Of a DNA stretch of 64,000 nt, positions 53,573-64,000 are shown one piece after another; the first letter of the stretch is position 1, and each line of letters opens with the position of its first letter. The DNA is from Balanoglossus misakiensis (taxonomy: Eukaryota; Animalia; Hemichordata). The notes beneath the pieces are model-generated. The model was given only the letters and a program-made list of their open reading frames with translations, searched no databases and was not told the DNA's origin. Location of the stretch: NCBI GenBank assembly GCA_040954595.2, contig CM082591.2:3207857-3271856 (forward strand). The letters are read 5' to 3'. A program made the position numbers and the translations under genes.

Positions 53573-55041
53573 TCATTCTATGATTGCAGGGAATTCACAC
53601 AGATACCCGTCCAGTCCTTGTGACCCAGGGGCAGGCAGAGCGCCCTCCCCCGGCTGCGGACACGACCTCTTCATCCAGAACGTGTCGAGGGTGTAGCTGG
53701 CGTCCAAACTCTGCAGGTAGTTCTCTACCCTGGTCGACGTCATCCCGGCGGCGAGTCGGGCAACATCGGCTCCCTTGCCCTTACATGCTCGGTTGGCGTC
53801 GCTGAATGTGACCTCTTCGGTCACGGTCAGACTGAACTGTCGGCAAACACGGATTGGGCCGATGACATCCGAAGAGGCTGGAAAGGAAAGGAAGTTGCCA
53901 ATCAATATAAGGAAGCTAGGGACAGTTATACAGATAATGCTATGTACTCGATAATTTTAAGAGATGTATTCTCCAATTTGTTAACAAGTGGCAATAAAGA
54001 ATTGAAAAAATAAAATAAAAGATGTCAATTTATATTAAAGAATAAACACATACCTGCTTGACAGGTAAAACCATCGGGTTGGAGTACGTATCCGCTTTGA
54101 CATGCGCAGGAGAAGGACCCCCCAGCGTTGTTACAAATCTGCTCGCAGCCGCCATTATTAGTTGCGCATTCGTCAACGTCTGAAAATAACACAAACAGAG
54201 TCCAATGTAAAGGAAGACCAGCTGACAGAATGGTGTTACTCTCGGTACAGGAAAATGGGAATACATGTACAGTGAAGCACAGAAAAAGCAGGTATTATCG
54301 TTTAGAATTCCTGATGCAAAACCTACCGATGCAAATTTCACCGTCCAACTCAAACACGGCGTACCCATCGGGACAGGAACAGAGTTGAAGTGGTAGAAAT
54401 GGGTGAGGAACACAGTTTTCGCCAGGAATGCACTCCAGCAAATCACACGGCTGTGGTCCTGGCGTGGTAGCTGGTTGATAAATGGTTTTACAACTTTGTT
54501 ATAAGAAGAGATGTAAGAAGCTTTTAAATGTAAACTTGCTTTCTTGTAGACGGGAGAACCTGTCAACGTCGCATGATAATTACGCAATGTTGGCGTAGTT
54601 TTTGATTTTCATAAGTGTTAATTACTGTCATGTTAATTACTCTCGTGTTAATTATTTACTGTCTTTCTGTCTATTTTCTTTCATCACTGTGGTAGCGTCT
54701 GTCATGCCACCCAAACCTATCATGGACAAACATGTCGAATAAAAACACAAAAAATCTTTGAAATTCACTCACATGGTTGTTGGATTTGTCGTTTAACCAG
54801 AGACAGGCTGTCCTGAATATACAAAGATGAACAAAAAACAATGTCAAGCGGTGTTTGCTTCTAGAGGGCGCTAGAGATACTCTATCCTGTACACTTGCCT
54901 CGAAATACTCTGAAGGTCTTTGGTTACCTATATCGTTCAACGTGCTACACCACAAGGGCAAAGGCAAATACATACCTTCAGTGAAATGACGTCATCGATG
55001 ACGGCAACGAGAACGACCAAAACCAACAGTTGCAGTCTCAT
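53573..55041 (-). CDS. Gene B: small secreted EGF-cbEGF-truncated C-type-lectin-like protein (~226 aa)
   Basis: Exons: 54976-55041 ([22 protein letters not shown]); 54773-54812 ([13 protein letters not shown]); 54327-54470 (EGF-like [12 protein letters not shown]...CSCPDGY); 54054-54179 ([16 protein letters not shown]); 53573-53877 ([11 protein letters not shown]...ANRAC...FW...GYLCEF..*). Confidence 0.83.
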
Positions 55042-55356
55042 TCTTATCGGTTGACCTAAAACATGGAAGTGAAAATGAAATATAAATTTTCCTTGTAATA
55101 ATTTCCAGTGAAATTGCATGTATCTGCAAACCCTTTGCTAGTGTATAAGACATGGCAGAATGTTATTACTTTCCTTGAGCGGAACCTCAAAACCATAAAT
55201 TCGGTATCAAAGATAACCAAAAATCTCAGCTGTGCTTGAACACTAACAGCTAATTCCTAGGTATACTTACTTGGTGTGAACGTTGAATTCAAATGGGGAT
55301 CTGTTATCGTCCTTAGTTCTGCAGACTCGGCGATCGACACTCGCGTTTCAACCGAC

Positions 55357-55363
55357 TTATATA
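55357..55363 (-). promoter_or_regulatory. TATA box of gene B
   Basis: Minus-strand TATATAA ~85 nt upstream of a 5'-UTR exon donor (GTAAGT at 55265-55270). Confidence 0.55.
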
Positions 55364-57267
55364 CCGCAGATTTTTGGGTCTTGAAAACATTCGCAAACAA
55401 ACCCATACGACACCTTAACTGCCTTCCTTTGGCGCATAAGCAAGACAAAGCCATTGGAAAAATTGACTTTTACTTTTTACCGTATGTTTTCACAGCTACG
55501 CAAAGAAAGATAATTGACTAGCTCGTAATTAACACATGACTTGAGTGTTCGCAGTTTAGGCTTGTGTGTGTTGTTTGTTGGTGCATATGATTCGAATTTA
55601 TTCTGGCAGCGGTTGTTAAGACTTCGTTCAATGTAACGGCAGTGGTAACTTGTTTGTTCGACATGTGAGGCAAGGAGCAAGGCGTATGGCCAGATTCTGT
55701 GGCAGTATTGCATTGAAAACGATTTGTTCATTAGATTTAACGATTTCACGTGCTGTGGATAGGAATTTGTTGAGTTAGTGCAAAACATCGGTCCAAAATC
55801 ACACTTTGAAAAAAAATGAAATAAATATGGTCGCTGAAAAAAAATTCGTTCACATTTCTGTCCCCTGCCTCGGAAATCAAATGGATATTCGCGTAAATTC
55901 TTCTGGGTATTCCAACTACATGTATAGTCATCATCACATATTCCCCGCGGTAAATTCGTATCCCGCATCATTTCCAAATGCTCACACCGACTCGTTTCAG
56001 ATTACATGTACTTCAGCAGCGAGAGTTTCCAGATAATGGGTAAAAAATCCATCTCTTGAGAAAATACTTTGCTGGTCTGGTTCGCCTCAAGAAGGAAATC
56101 AGTTCGTTGTAGACAAATCATTTCAAGGTCTCATTCCAAATAATGACGCAATTAGCTCCCGAATTCCGCAATTATGTAATGCTCGCCACGTGGGAGCCCC
56201 AACCTTCGTGTATTGCATGTAATTATGGTAATTTTCGGGGAAAACACTTGTTGACGCGCGCACTGCAGTGGTAATTTTCTTTTACAGCGTCGTGCGTGGA
56301 ATCAAGAGAGCAGTGGCCATCTTAGATTTGCCCGCGGGGACACAGATGGATATCGCGTCGCCAACGCGCAGTCTTTGTCAGGTAAATGCATACACCAAGC
56401 GAACCCGGACTATCTACACACACAAAAAATCAAAATTGTTCTGTAGCCACGGGAACTTTTTGGCAGCGGGGGTTCTCGCGGAAGGATACCACCCTGCGTG
56501 GTGATACGGAAGTACCTAGAGTGCCTGAAGGCACTCAATATAATCCATCGTGCCACCAGGGCAGCAGGGGGACACTGAAAGAGATATGGTCGCGGCGTCT
56601 TCTACACAGTTCAATCTTTGATCAGATAGCGCAACGCTTCTGTACTGAACCAGAAATAATCCATATTATTCAGTGCAACTCAAGTATGCATGCATGCACA
56701 CTCCAATAATAATCGATGATATGTTTCGCTTTCTCAAAAAATATCTCTGCTTCGCTTTCTGATCTACGAGGTATTTCACATGGTAGTAGACAATAAATCA
56801 ACAAGAAGAAATTGGTATGCGAATGATTTTCAGGTTTATGTGTTGAGTATAATGTGTTCTGAGGAAAGGTAGAATTAAGCTTAAGGCGCACCGTCTAGAC
56901 TTAACTTTATTGGATTTGACTGAATACTCACAAAAGAGGGATTTTTTGGAATATGCAATTAAACAGCACAAGTAAACTCTGGTCAATTGGCTTAAATTTA
57001 ACAAGCGAGTCTAGCAATTGGTAGTAAGTGATGTCGTTTGAGTGCAAGCTAACCTGACAATGCGACCGCAATTGCATTTTTCCTTTAATCTGATAAAGTA
57101 CACTCGCGCTCAGGTGGGAATTAGTAGACGCTCGGGAGCGGGACTTCTGTTCCCTGTAAACTGATCCAACCGTGAAATAGATACGCATTCTAATATTCTC
57201 GATCGATGAGCATCAGTTAAAGGACAGGTGTGCATTGATTAGTCATTTGTCTTTATGAACAAAGATG

Positions 57268-57388
<121 letters not shown>

Positions 57389-57760
57389 ACACATAGACAC
57401 TGGCGAATATAGTCGACAAAACTTATTTATTTATTCATTCATTAAAACACGCATTTATGTAATTTACGTACTCAATCTGTAGTTACATCTTTTTAGCTGT
57501 CCGCTTGAACTGGAATATATCGTACCATTAAACAGTCCATCTTAAACGTTGCGAAACTTCACAATAATACTCTGTGTGCACTTGGTGAAGAAAAATTGAG
57601 TAAATTTATGTGTGGAAATTAAATAATATGTACTCACATGCAGAAAGAGAGGAATTAACATTTATACAATAATTGAAAGATTATCTAAATCCGGTAATTT
57701 ATACAATATCGGGGTGATCAAATTTTGAATCCTTAGTTGTAGTATGGATGTCAAGTGGCC

Positions 57761-58702
57761 TTAATCGTATTCTCCTTTGAAACAGACAAACACCACCTTT
57801 GCTGCCTTGCGGTATTTCGCACTGACGAGCGTGTAGATGAACGGGTTTATGGCAGAATTGACCGTCAACAGACTCCGAACGACGGCCAGGACAACTGTCA
57901 TCACCATCGCCTCAGATGACGACGTTTCTTTGTAACCCTCGGCCAACGTGAACGAAGAGACGAGGAAATACACCGCAGCGGGGAAGATGCAGACGAAGTG
58001 AACGGCCGCCGTGATGGTCACTGCCTTAAACGCCTGGTTTGTCCTGAGCTGGATGGCTTTGTGGGTGGGCAGCTCCAGTGATTTGCTTCTTCGGTGAATT
58101 TCTTGGGCTGTCAGGAGGCAGAAGGCGGTAACCAGGCAGACGCAGAGCAGCAGGATGAAACAGAAGAGGAACATACACACCATGGCTAGGTGGTACCCCG
58201 CTTCGTGACTCAGAAAATGAAAGCACGTCATGGTGTAGAGCATGGAGAAGCTCAGACTGAACAGCCAGGTACAGAAGACACCGATGGCTATTTTTCTCGG
58301 GTCCAGCAGATCGCTGGCCTTGTACGGGTGACAGACGGCGACGTATCTTTCAAAGCTGACCAGGACGATTGTTTGACAGGATTCCATCAGCGGGACAAAG
58401 TATAACATTCTGACAAGCGAACAGTTGTAGTCTGATAAAAACACGAAGTTGTTGGTCAGGAAAAGCAGATCTGCGACCGCCAGATTAACTAGTAAAAGAT
58501 AAGTCTTGGTGCGAATTTCTCTCACCTTGTAAATAACGGTGATGAAGGAGAGATTATTCAAAAATCCGATGATCGTGACAGCCATATTTATGTATCCCAC
58601 AGGCAACGTTTCCACATCCATTGGCAAAAAGAAGGAGTCGTTACCGAGACCGAACATGTCACCTTCAAGCCAAAATGGCGCCTCCGTTCCTGTCGTCTGC
58701 AT
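57761..58702 (-). CDS. Intronless class A (rhodopsin-like) GPCR, orphan peptide-receptor-like
   Basis: 313-aa ORF with seven hydrophobic segments and class A motifs: TM1 GFLNN, TM2 NLAVADL, TM3 SFERYVAVCHP, TM4 W, TM6 VCIFP, TM7 NSAINPFIY, helix 8 KYRKA, N-terminal NDS sequon. Confidence 0.93.
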   Translation of the reverse strand: MQTTGTEAPFWLEGDMFGLGNDSFFLPMDVETLPVGYINMAVTIIGFLNNLSFITVIYKVREIRTKTYLLLVNLAVADLLFLTNNFVFLSDYNCSLVRMLYFVPLMESCQTIVLVSFERYVAVCHPYKASDLLDPRKIAIGVFCTWLFSLSFSMLYTMTCFHFLSHEAGYHLAMVCMFLFCFILLLCVCLVTAFCLLTAQEIHRRSKSLELPTHKAIQLRTNQAFKAVTITAAVHFVCIFPAAVYFLVSSFTLAEGYKETSSSEAMVMTVVLAVVRSLLTVNSAINPFIYTLVSAKYRKAAKVVFVCFKGEYD

Positions 58703-59042
58703 AGTGAAATTTTCACCTCCAAATTATTCATCCAATTTCTTTCGATAAAATGGCGATTGTTAAATGGTGTTTAGAATCCGTCGCAATGCAGTGTGCGCCT
58801 AGAATTGAAATCAGTCAAAACAGGAAGTTGTCACCCAAACGTATGTGTAACTATAGTTACTCGTCTATGATGTAACTTAATAGTCAGCAAAGATGGCAAG
58901 TATTTGCATACCGTTCAGATATTTTACCTGTAGTGGAAAAATAAGACACCATTTCATTCAGGTAACTTTTGTGTATTTGACATGCTATTGGATTTGGTTT
59001 TAAAACATTTTTTAAATATAAAAAGAAATTTTAGTCTCTCAA

Positions 59043-62000
59043 TCAAAATTTCTTCATTTTTTGAAAAAACCATGGGTTATAGCCCATGAAAATCATCCCA
59101 AAATGACAATTTTTCGACTTTGGGAAATATCAAAATTTCTTCATTTTTTTGAAAAAAATGATTTTCATGGGCTATAACCCATGGTTTTTTTTAAAAAAAA
59201 TGAAGAAATTTTGATATTTCCCAAAGTCGAAAAATTGTCATTTCTGGATGATTTTCATGGGCTATAACCCATGGTTTTTTCAAAAAAATGAAGAAATTTT
59301 GATATTTCCCAAAGTCGAAAAATTGTCATTTCTGGATGATTTTCATGGGCTATAACCCATGGTTTTTTCAAAAAAATGAAGAAATTTTGATATTTCCCAA
59401 AGTCGAAAAATTGTCATTTCTGGATGATTTTCATGGGCTATAACCCATGGTTTTTTCAAAAAAATGAAGACATTTTGATATTTCCCAAAGTCGAAAAATT
59501 GTCATTTCTGGATGATTTTCATGGGCTATAACCCATGGTTTTTTCAAAAAAATGAAGACATTTTGATATTTCCCAAAGTCGAAAAATTGTCATTTCTGGA
59601 TGATTTTCATGGGCTATAACCCATGGTTTTTTCAAAAAAATGAAGACATTTTGATATTTCCCAAAGTCGAAAAATTGTCATTTCTGGATGATTTTCATGG
59701 GCTATAACCCATGGTTTTTTCAAAAAAATGAAGAAATTTTGATATTTCCCAAAGTCGAAAAATTGTCATTTCTGGATGATTTTCATGGGCTATAACCCAT
59801 GGTTTTTTCAAAAAAATGAAGAAATTTTGATATTTCCCAAAGTCGAAAAAATGTCATTTCTGGATGATTTTCATGGGCTATAACCCATGGTTTTTTTAAA
59901 AAAATGAAGAAATTTTGATATTTCCCAAAGTCGAAAAATTGTCATTTCTGCATGATTTTCATGGGCTATAACCCATGGTTTTTTCAAAAAAATGAAGAAA
60001 TTTTGATATTTCCCAAAGTCGAAAAATTGTCATTTCTGGATGATTTTCATGGGCTATAACCCATGGTTTTTTCAAAAAAATGAAGAAATTTTGATATTTC
60101 CCAAAGTCGAAAAAATGTCATTTCTGGATGATTTTCATGAGCTATCACCCATGGTTTTTTCAAAAAAATGAAGAAATTTTGATATTTCGCAAAGTCGAAA
60201 AATTGTCATTTCTGGATGATTTTCATGGGCTATAACCCATGGTTTTTTCAAAAAAATGAAGAAATTTTGATATTTCCCAAAGTCGAAAAATTGTCATTTC
60301 TGGATGATTTTCATGGGCTATAACCCATGGTTTTTTCAAAAAAATGAAGAAATTTTGATATTTCCCAAAGTCGAAAAAATGTCATTTCTGGATGATTTTC
60401 ATGGGCTATAACCCATGGTTTTTTTAAAAAAATGAAGAAATTTTGATATTTCCCAAAGTCGAAAAATTGTCATTTCTGCATGATTTTCATGGGCTATAAC
60501 CCATGGTTTTTTCAAAAAAATGAAGAAATTTTGATATTTCCCAAAGTCGAAAAATTGTCATTTCTGCATGATTTTCATGGGCTATAACCCATGGTTTTTT
60601 CAAAAAAATGAAGAAATTTTGATATTTCCCAAAGTCGAAAAATTGTCATTTCTGGATGATTTTCATGGGCTATAACCCATGGTTTTTTCAAAAAAATGAA
60701 GAAATTTTGATATTTCCCAAAGTCGAAAAATTGTCATTTCTGGATGATTTTCATGGGCTATAACCCATGGTTTTTTTAAAAAAATAAAGAAATTTTGATA
60801 TTTCCCAAAGTCGAAAAATTGTCATTTCTGGATTATTTTCATGGGCTATAACCCATGGTTTTTTTAAAAAAATAAAGAAATTTTGATATTTCCCAAAGTC
60901 GAAAAATTGTCATTTCTGCATGATTTTCATGGGCTATAACCCATGGTTTTTTCAAAAAAATGAAGAAATTTTGATATTTCCCAAAGTCGAAAAATTGTCA
61001 TTTCTGCATGATTTTCATGGGCTATAACCCATGGTTTTTTCAAAAAAATGAAGAAATTTTGATATTTCCCAAAGTCGAAAAATTGGCATTTCTGGATGAT
61101 TTTCATGGGCTATAACCCATGGTTTTTTCAAAAAAATGAAGAAATTTTGATATTTCCCAAAGTCGAAAAATTGGCATTTCTGGATGATTTTCATGGGCTA
61201 TAACCCATGGTTTTTTCAAAAAAATGAAGAAATTTTGATATTTCCCAAAGTCGAAAAATTGTCATTTCTGGATGATTTTCATGGGCTATAACCCATGGTT
61301 TTTTCAAAAAAATGAAGACATTTTGATATTTCCCAAAGTCGAAAAATTGTCATTTCTGGATGATTTTCATGGGCTATAACCCATGGTTTTTTCAAAAAAA
61401 TGAAGAAATTTTGATATTTCCCAAAGTCGAAAAATTGGCATTTCTGGATGATTTTCATGGGCTATAACCCATGGTTTTTTCAAAAAAATGAAGAAATTTT
61501 GATATTTCCCAAAGTCGAAAAATTGTCATTTCTGGATGATTTTCATGGGCTATAACCCATGGTTTTTTCAAAAAAATGAAGAAATTTTGATATTTCCCAA
61601 AGTCGAAAAATTGTCATTTCTGGATGATTTTCATGGGCTATAACCCATGGTTTTTTCAAAAAAATGAAGACATTTTGATATTTCCCAAAGTCGAAAAATT
61701 GTCATTTCTGGATGATTTTCATGGGCTATAACCCATGGTTTTTTCAAAAAATGAAGACATTTTGATATTTCCCAAAGTCGAAAAATTGGTCATTTCTGGA
61801 TGATTTTCATGGGCTATAACCCATGGTTTTTTCAAAAAAATGAAGAAATTTTGATATTTCCCAAAGTCGAAAAAATGTCATTTCTGGATGATTTTCATGG
61901 GCTATAACCCATGGTTTTTTTAAAAAAATGAAGAAATTTTGATATTTCCCAAAGTCGAAAAATTGTCATTTCTGCATGATTTTCATGGGCTATAACCCAT

Positions 62001-64000
62001 GGTTTTTTCAAAAAAATGAAGAAATTTTGATATTTCCCAAAGTCGAAAAATTGTCATTTCTGCATGATTTTCATGGGCTATAACCCATGGTTTTTTCAAA
62101 AAAATGAAGAAATTTTGATATTTCCCAAAGTCGAAAAATTGTCATTTCTGCATGATTTTCATGGGCTATAACCCATGGTTTTTTCAAAAAAATGAAGAAA
62201 TTTTGATATTTCCCAAAGTCGAAAAATTGTCATTTCTGGATGATTTTCATGGGCTATAACCCATGGTTTTTTTAAAAAAATAAAGAAATTTTGATATTTC
62301 CCAAAGTCGAAAAATTGTCATTTCTGGATTATTTTCATGGGCTATAACCCATGGTTTTTTTTAAAAAAATAAAGAAATTTTGATATTTCCCAAAGTCGAA
62401 AAATTGTCATTTCTGCATGATTTTCATGGGCTATAACCCATGGTTTTTTCAAAAAAATGAAGAAATTTTGATATTTCCCAAAGTCGAAAAATTGTCATTT
62501 CTGCATGATTTTCATGGGCTATAACCCATGGTTTTTTCAAAAAAATGAAGAAATTTTGATATTTCCCAAAGTCGAAAATTGTCATTTCTGGATGATTTTC
62601 ATGGGCTATAACCCATGGTTTTTTCAAAAAAATGAAGAAATTTTGATATTTCCCAAAGTCGAAAAATTGGCATTTCTGGATGATTTTCATGGGCTATAAC
62701 CCATGGTTTTTTCAAAAAAATGAAGAAATTTTGATATTTCCCAAAGTCGAAAAATTGGCATTTCTGGATGATTTTCATGGGCTATAACCCATGGTTTTTT
62801 CAAAAAAATGAAGACATTTTGATATTTCCCAAAGTCGAAAAATTGTCATTTCTGGATGATTTTCATGGGCTATAACCCATGGTTTTTTCAAAAAAATGAA
62901 GACATTTTGATTATTTCCCAAAGTCGAAAAATTGTCATTTCTGGATGATTTTCATGGGCTATAACCCATGGTTTTTTCAAAAAAATGAAGACATTTTGAT
63001 ATTTCCCAAAGTCGAAAAATTGTCATTTCTGGATGATTTTCATGGGCTATAACCCATGGTTTTTTCAAAAAAATGAAGAAATTTTGATATTTCCCAAAGT
63101 CGAAAAATTGTCATTTCTGGATGATTTTCATGGTTTTTTTCAAAAAAATGAAGAAATTTTGATATTTCCCAAAGTCGAAAAATTGTCATTTCTGCATGAT
63201 TTTCATGGCTATAACCCATGGTTTTTTCAAAAAAATGAAGAAATTTTGATATTTCCCAAAGTCGAAAAATTGTCATTTCTGGATGATTTTCATGGGCTAT
63301 AACCCATGGTTTTTTCAAAAAATAAAGAAATTTTGATATTTCCCAAAGTCGAAAAATTGTCATTTCTGCATGATTTTCATGGGCTATAACCCATGGTTTT
63401 TTCAAAAAAAATGAAGAAATTTTGATATTTCCCAAAGTCGAAAAATTGTCATTTCTGCATGATTTTCATGGGCTATAACCCATGGTTTTTTCAAAAAAAA
63501 TGAAGAAATTTTGATATTTCCCAAAGTCGAAAAATTGGCATTTCTGGATGATTTTCATGGGCTATAACCCATGGTTTTTTCAAAAAAATGAAGAAATTTT
63601 GATATTTCCCAAAGTCGAAAAATTGGCATTTCTGGATGATTTTCATGGGCTATAACCCATGGTTTTTTCAAAAAAATGAAGACATTTTGATATTTCCCAA
63701 AGTCGAAAAATTGTCATTTCTGGATGATTTTCATGGGGCTATAACCCATGGTTTTTCAAAAAAATGAAGACATTTTGATATTTCCCAAAGTCGAAAAATT
63801 GTCATTTCTGGATGATTTTCATGGGCTATAACCCATGGTTTTTCAAAAAATGAAGACATTTGATATTTCCCAAAGTCGAAAAATTGTCATTTCTGGATGA
63901 TTTTCATGACTCTCACAGATGTGTATCTCTCTCAAAAAAATGAAGAAATTTAGATAATTCCCAAAGTCGAAAATTGTCATTTCTGGATGATTTTTTCATG
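59043..64000. repeat. 88-bp AT-rich satellite array (~55 copies); first ~1.3 units inverted
   Basis: Monomer gatgattttcatgggctataacccatggttttttcaaaaaaatgaagaaattttgatatttcccaaagtcgaaaaattgtcatttctg; five units span 440 bp (59341 to 59781). 59043-59157 is the reverse complement of the monomer. Confidence 0.97.

Noticed and set aside
200-55041. One single giant gene spanning the whole cluster
   Set aside because: In-frame stops follow each terminal CTLD, and each unit has a new signal-peptide exon, three with a TATA box and 5'-UTR exon.
55477-57188. ORFs of 60-166 aa between gene B and the GPCR
   Set aside because: No recognisable motifs or consistent exon structure; treated as intergenic.
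62424-63435. ORFs within the 88-bp satellite
   Set aside because: Repeat-derived frames opened by single-base indels in homopolymer runs.

Overview
Eukaryotic genomic DNA with GT-AG introns and microsatellites, most likely from an invertebrate deuterostome such as a hemichordate or echinoderm (inferred from the HYR/NIDO/VWD/CUB/C-type-lectin repertoire). Positions 200-55041 hold six tandem minus-strand, multi-exon genes for secreted modular proteins. In transcription order: B = SP-pro-EGFx2-short CTLD; C = SP-EGFx8-CTLD; D = SP-pro-CUB-NIDO-EGFx7-HYRx3-VWD/C8/TIL/TILa-HYRx21-CTLD (~3050 aa); E = SP-pro-CUB-NIDO-EGFx2-CTLD; F = SP-pro-CUB-NIDO-HYRx4-CTLD; G = SP-pro-CTLD-VWD/C8/TIL/TILa, running off the left edge. 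I assembled the exons by hand; splice phases agree and each complete model is a multiple of 3. The main hidden feature is in gene D: its 21 tandem HYR exons are separated by 20 six-nucleotide AG|NNGAYN|GT micro-exons, each supplying the Asp of the D-x-T-P-P HYR start, within a recently homogenised ~532-bp array. To the right are an intronless class A GPCR (57761-58702) and an 88-bp satellite array with an inverted first segment and a probable PacBio adapter remnant. No prokaryotic features, CRISPR arrays or RNA genes were seen. All domain calls come from reading motifs, not from database searches.
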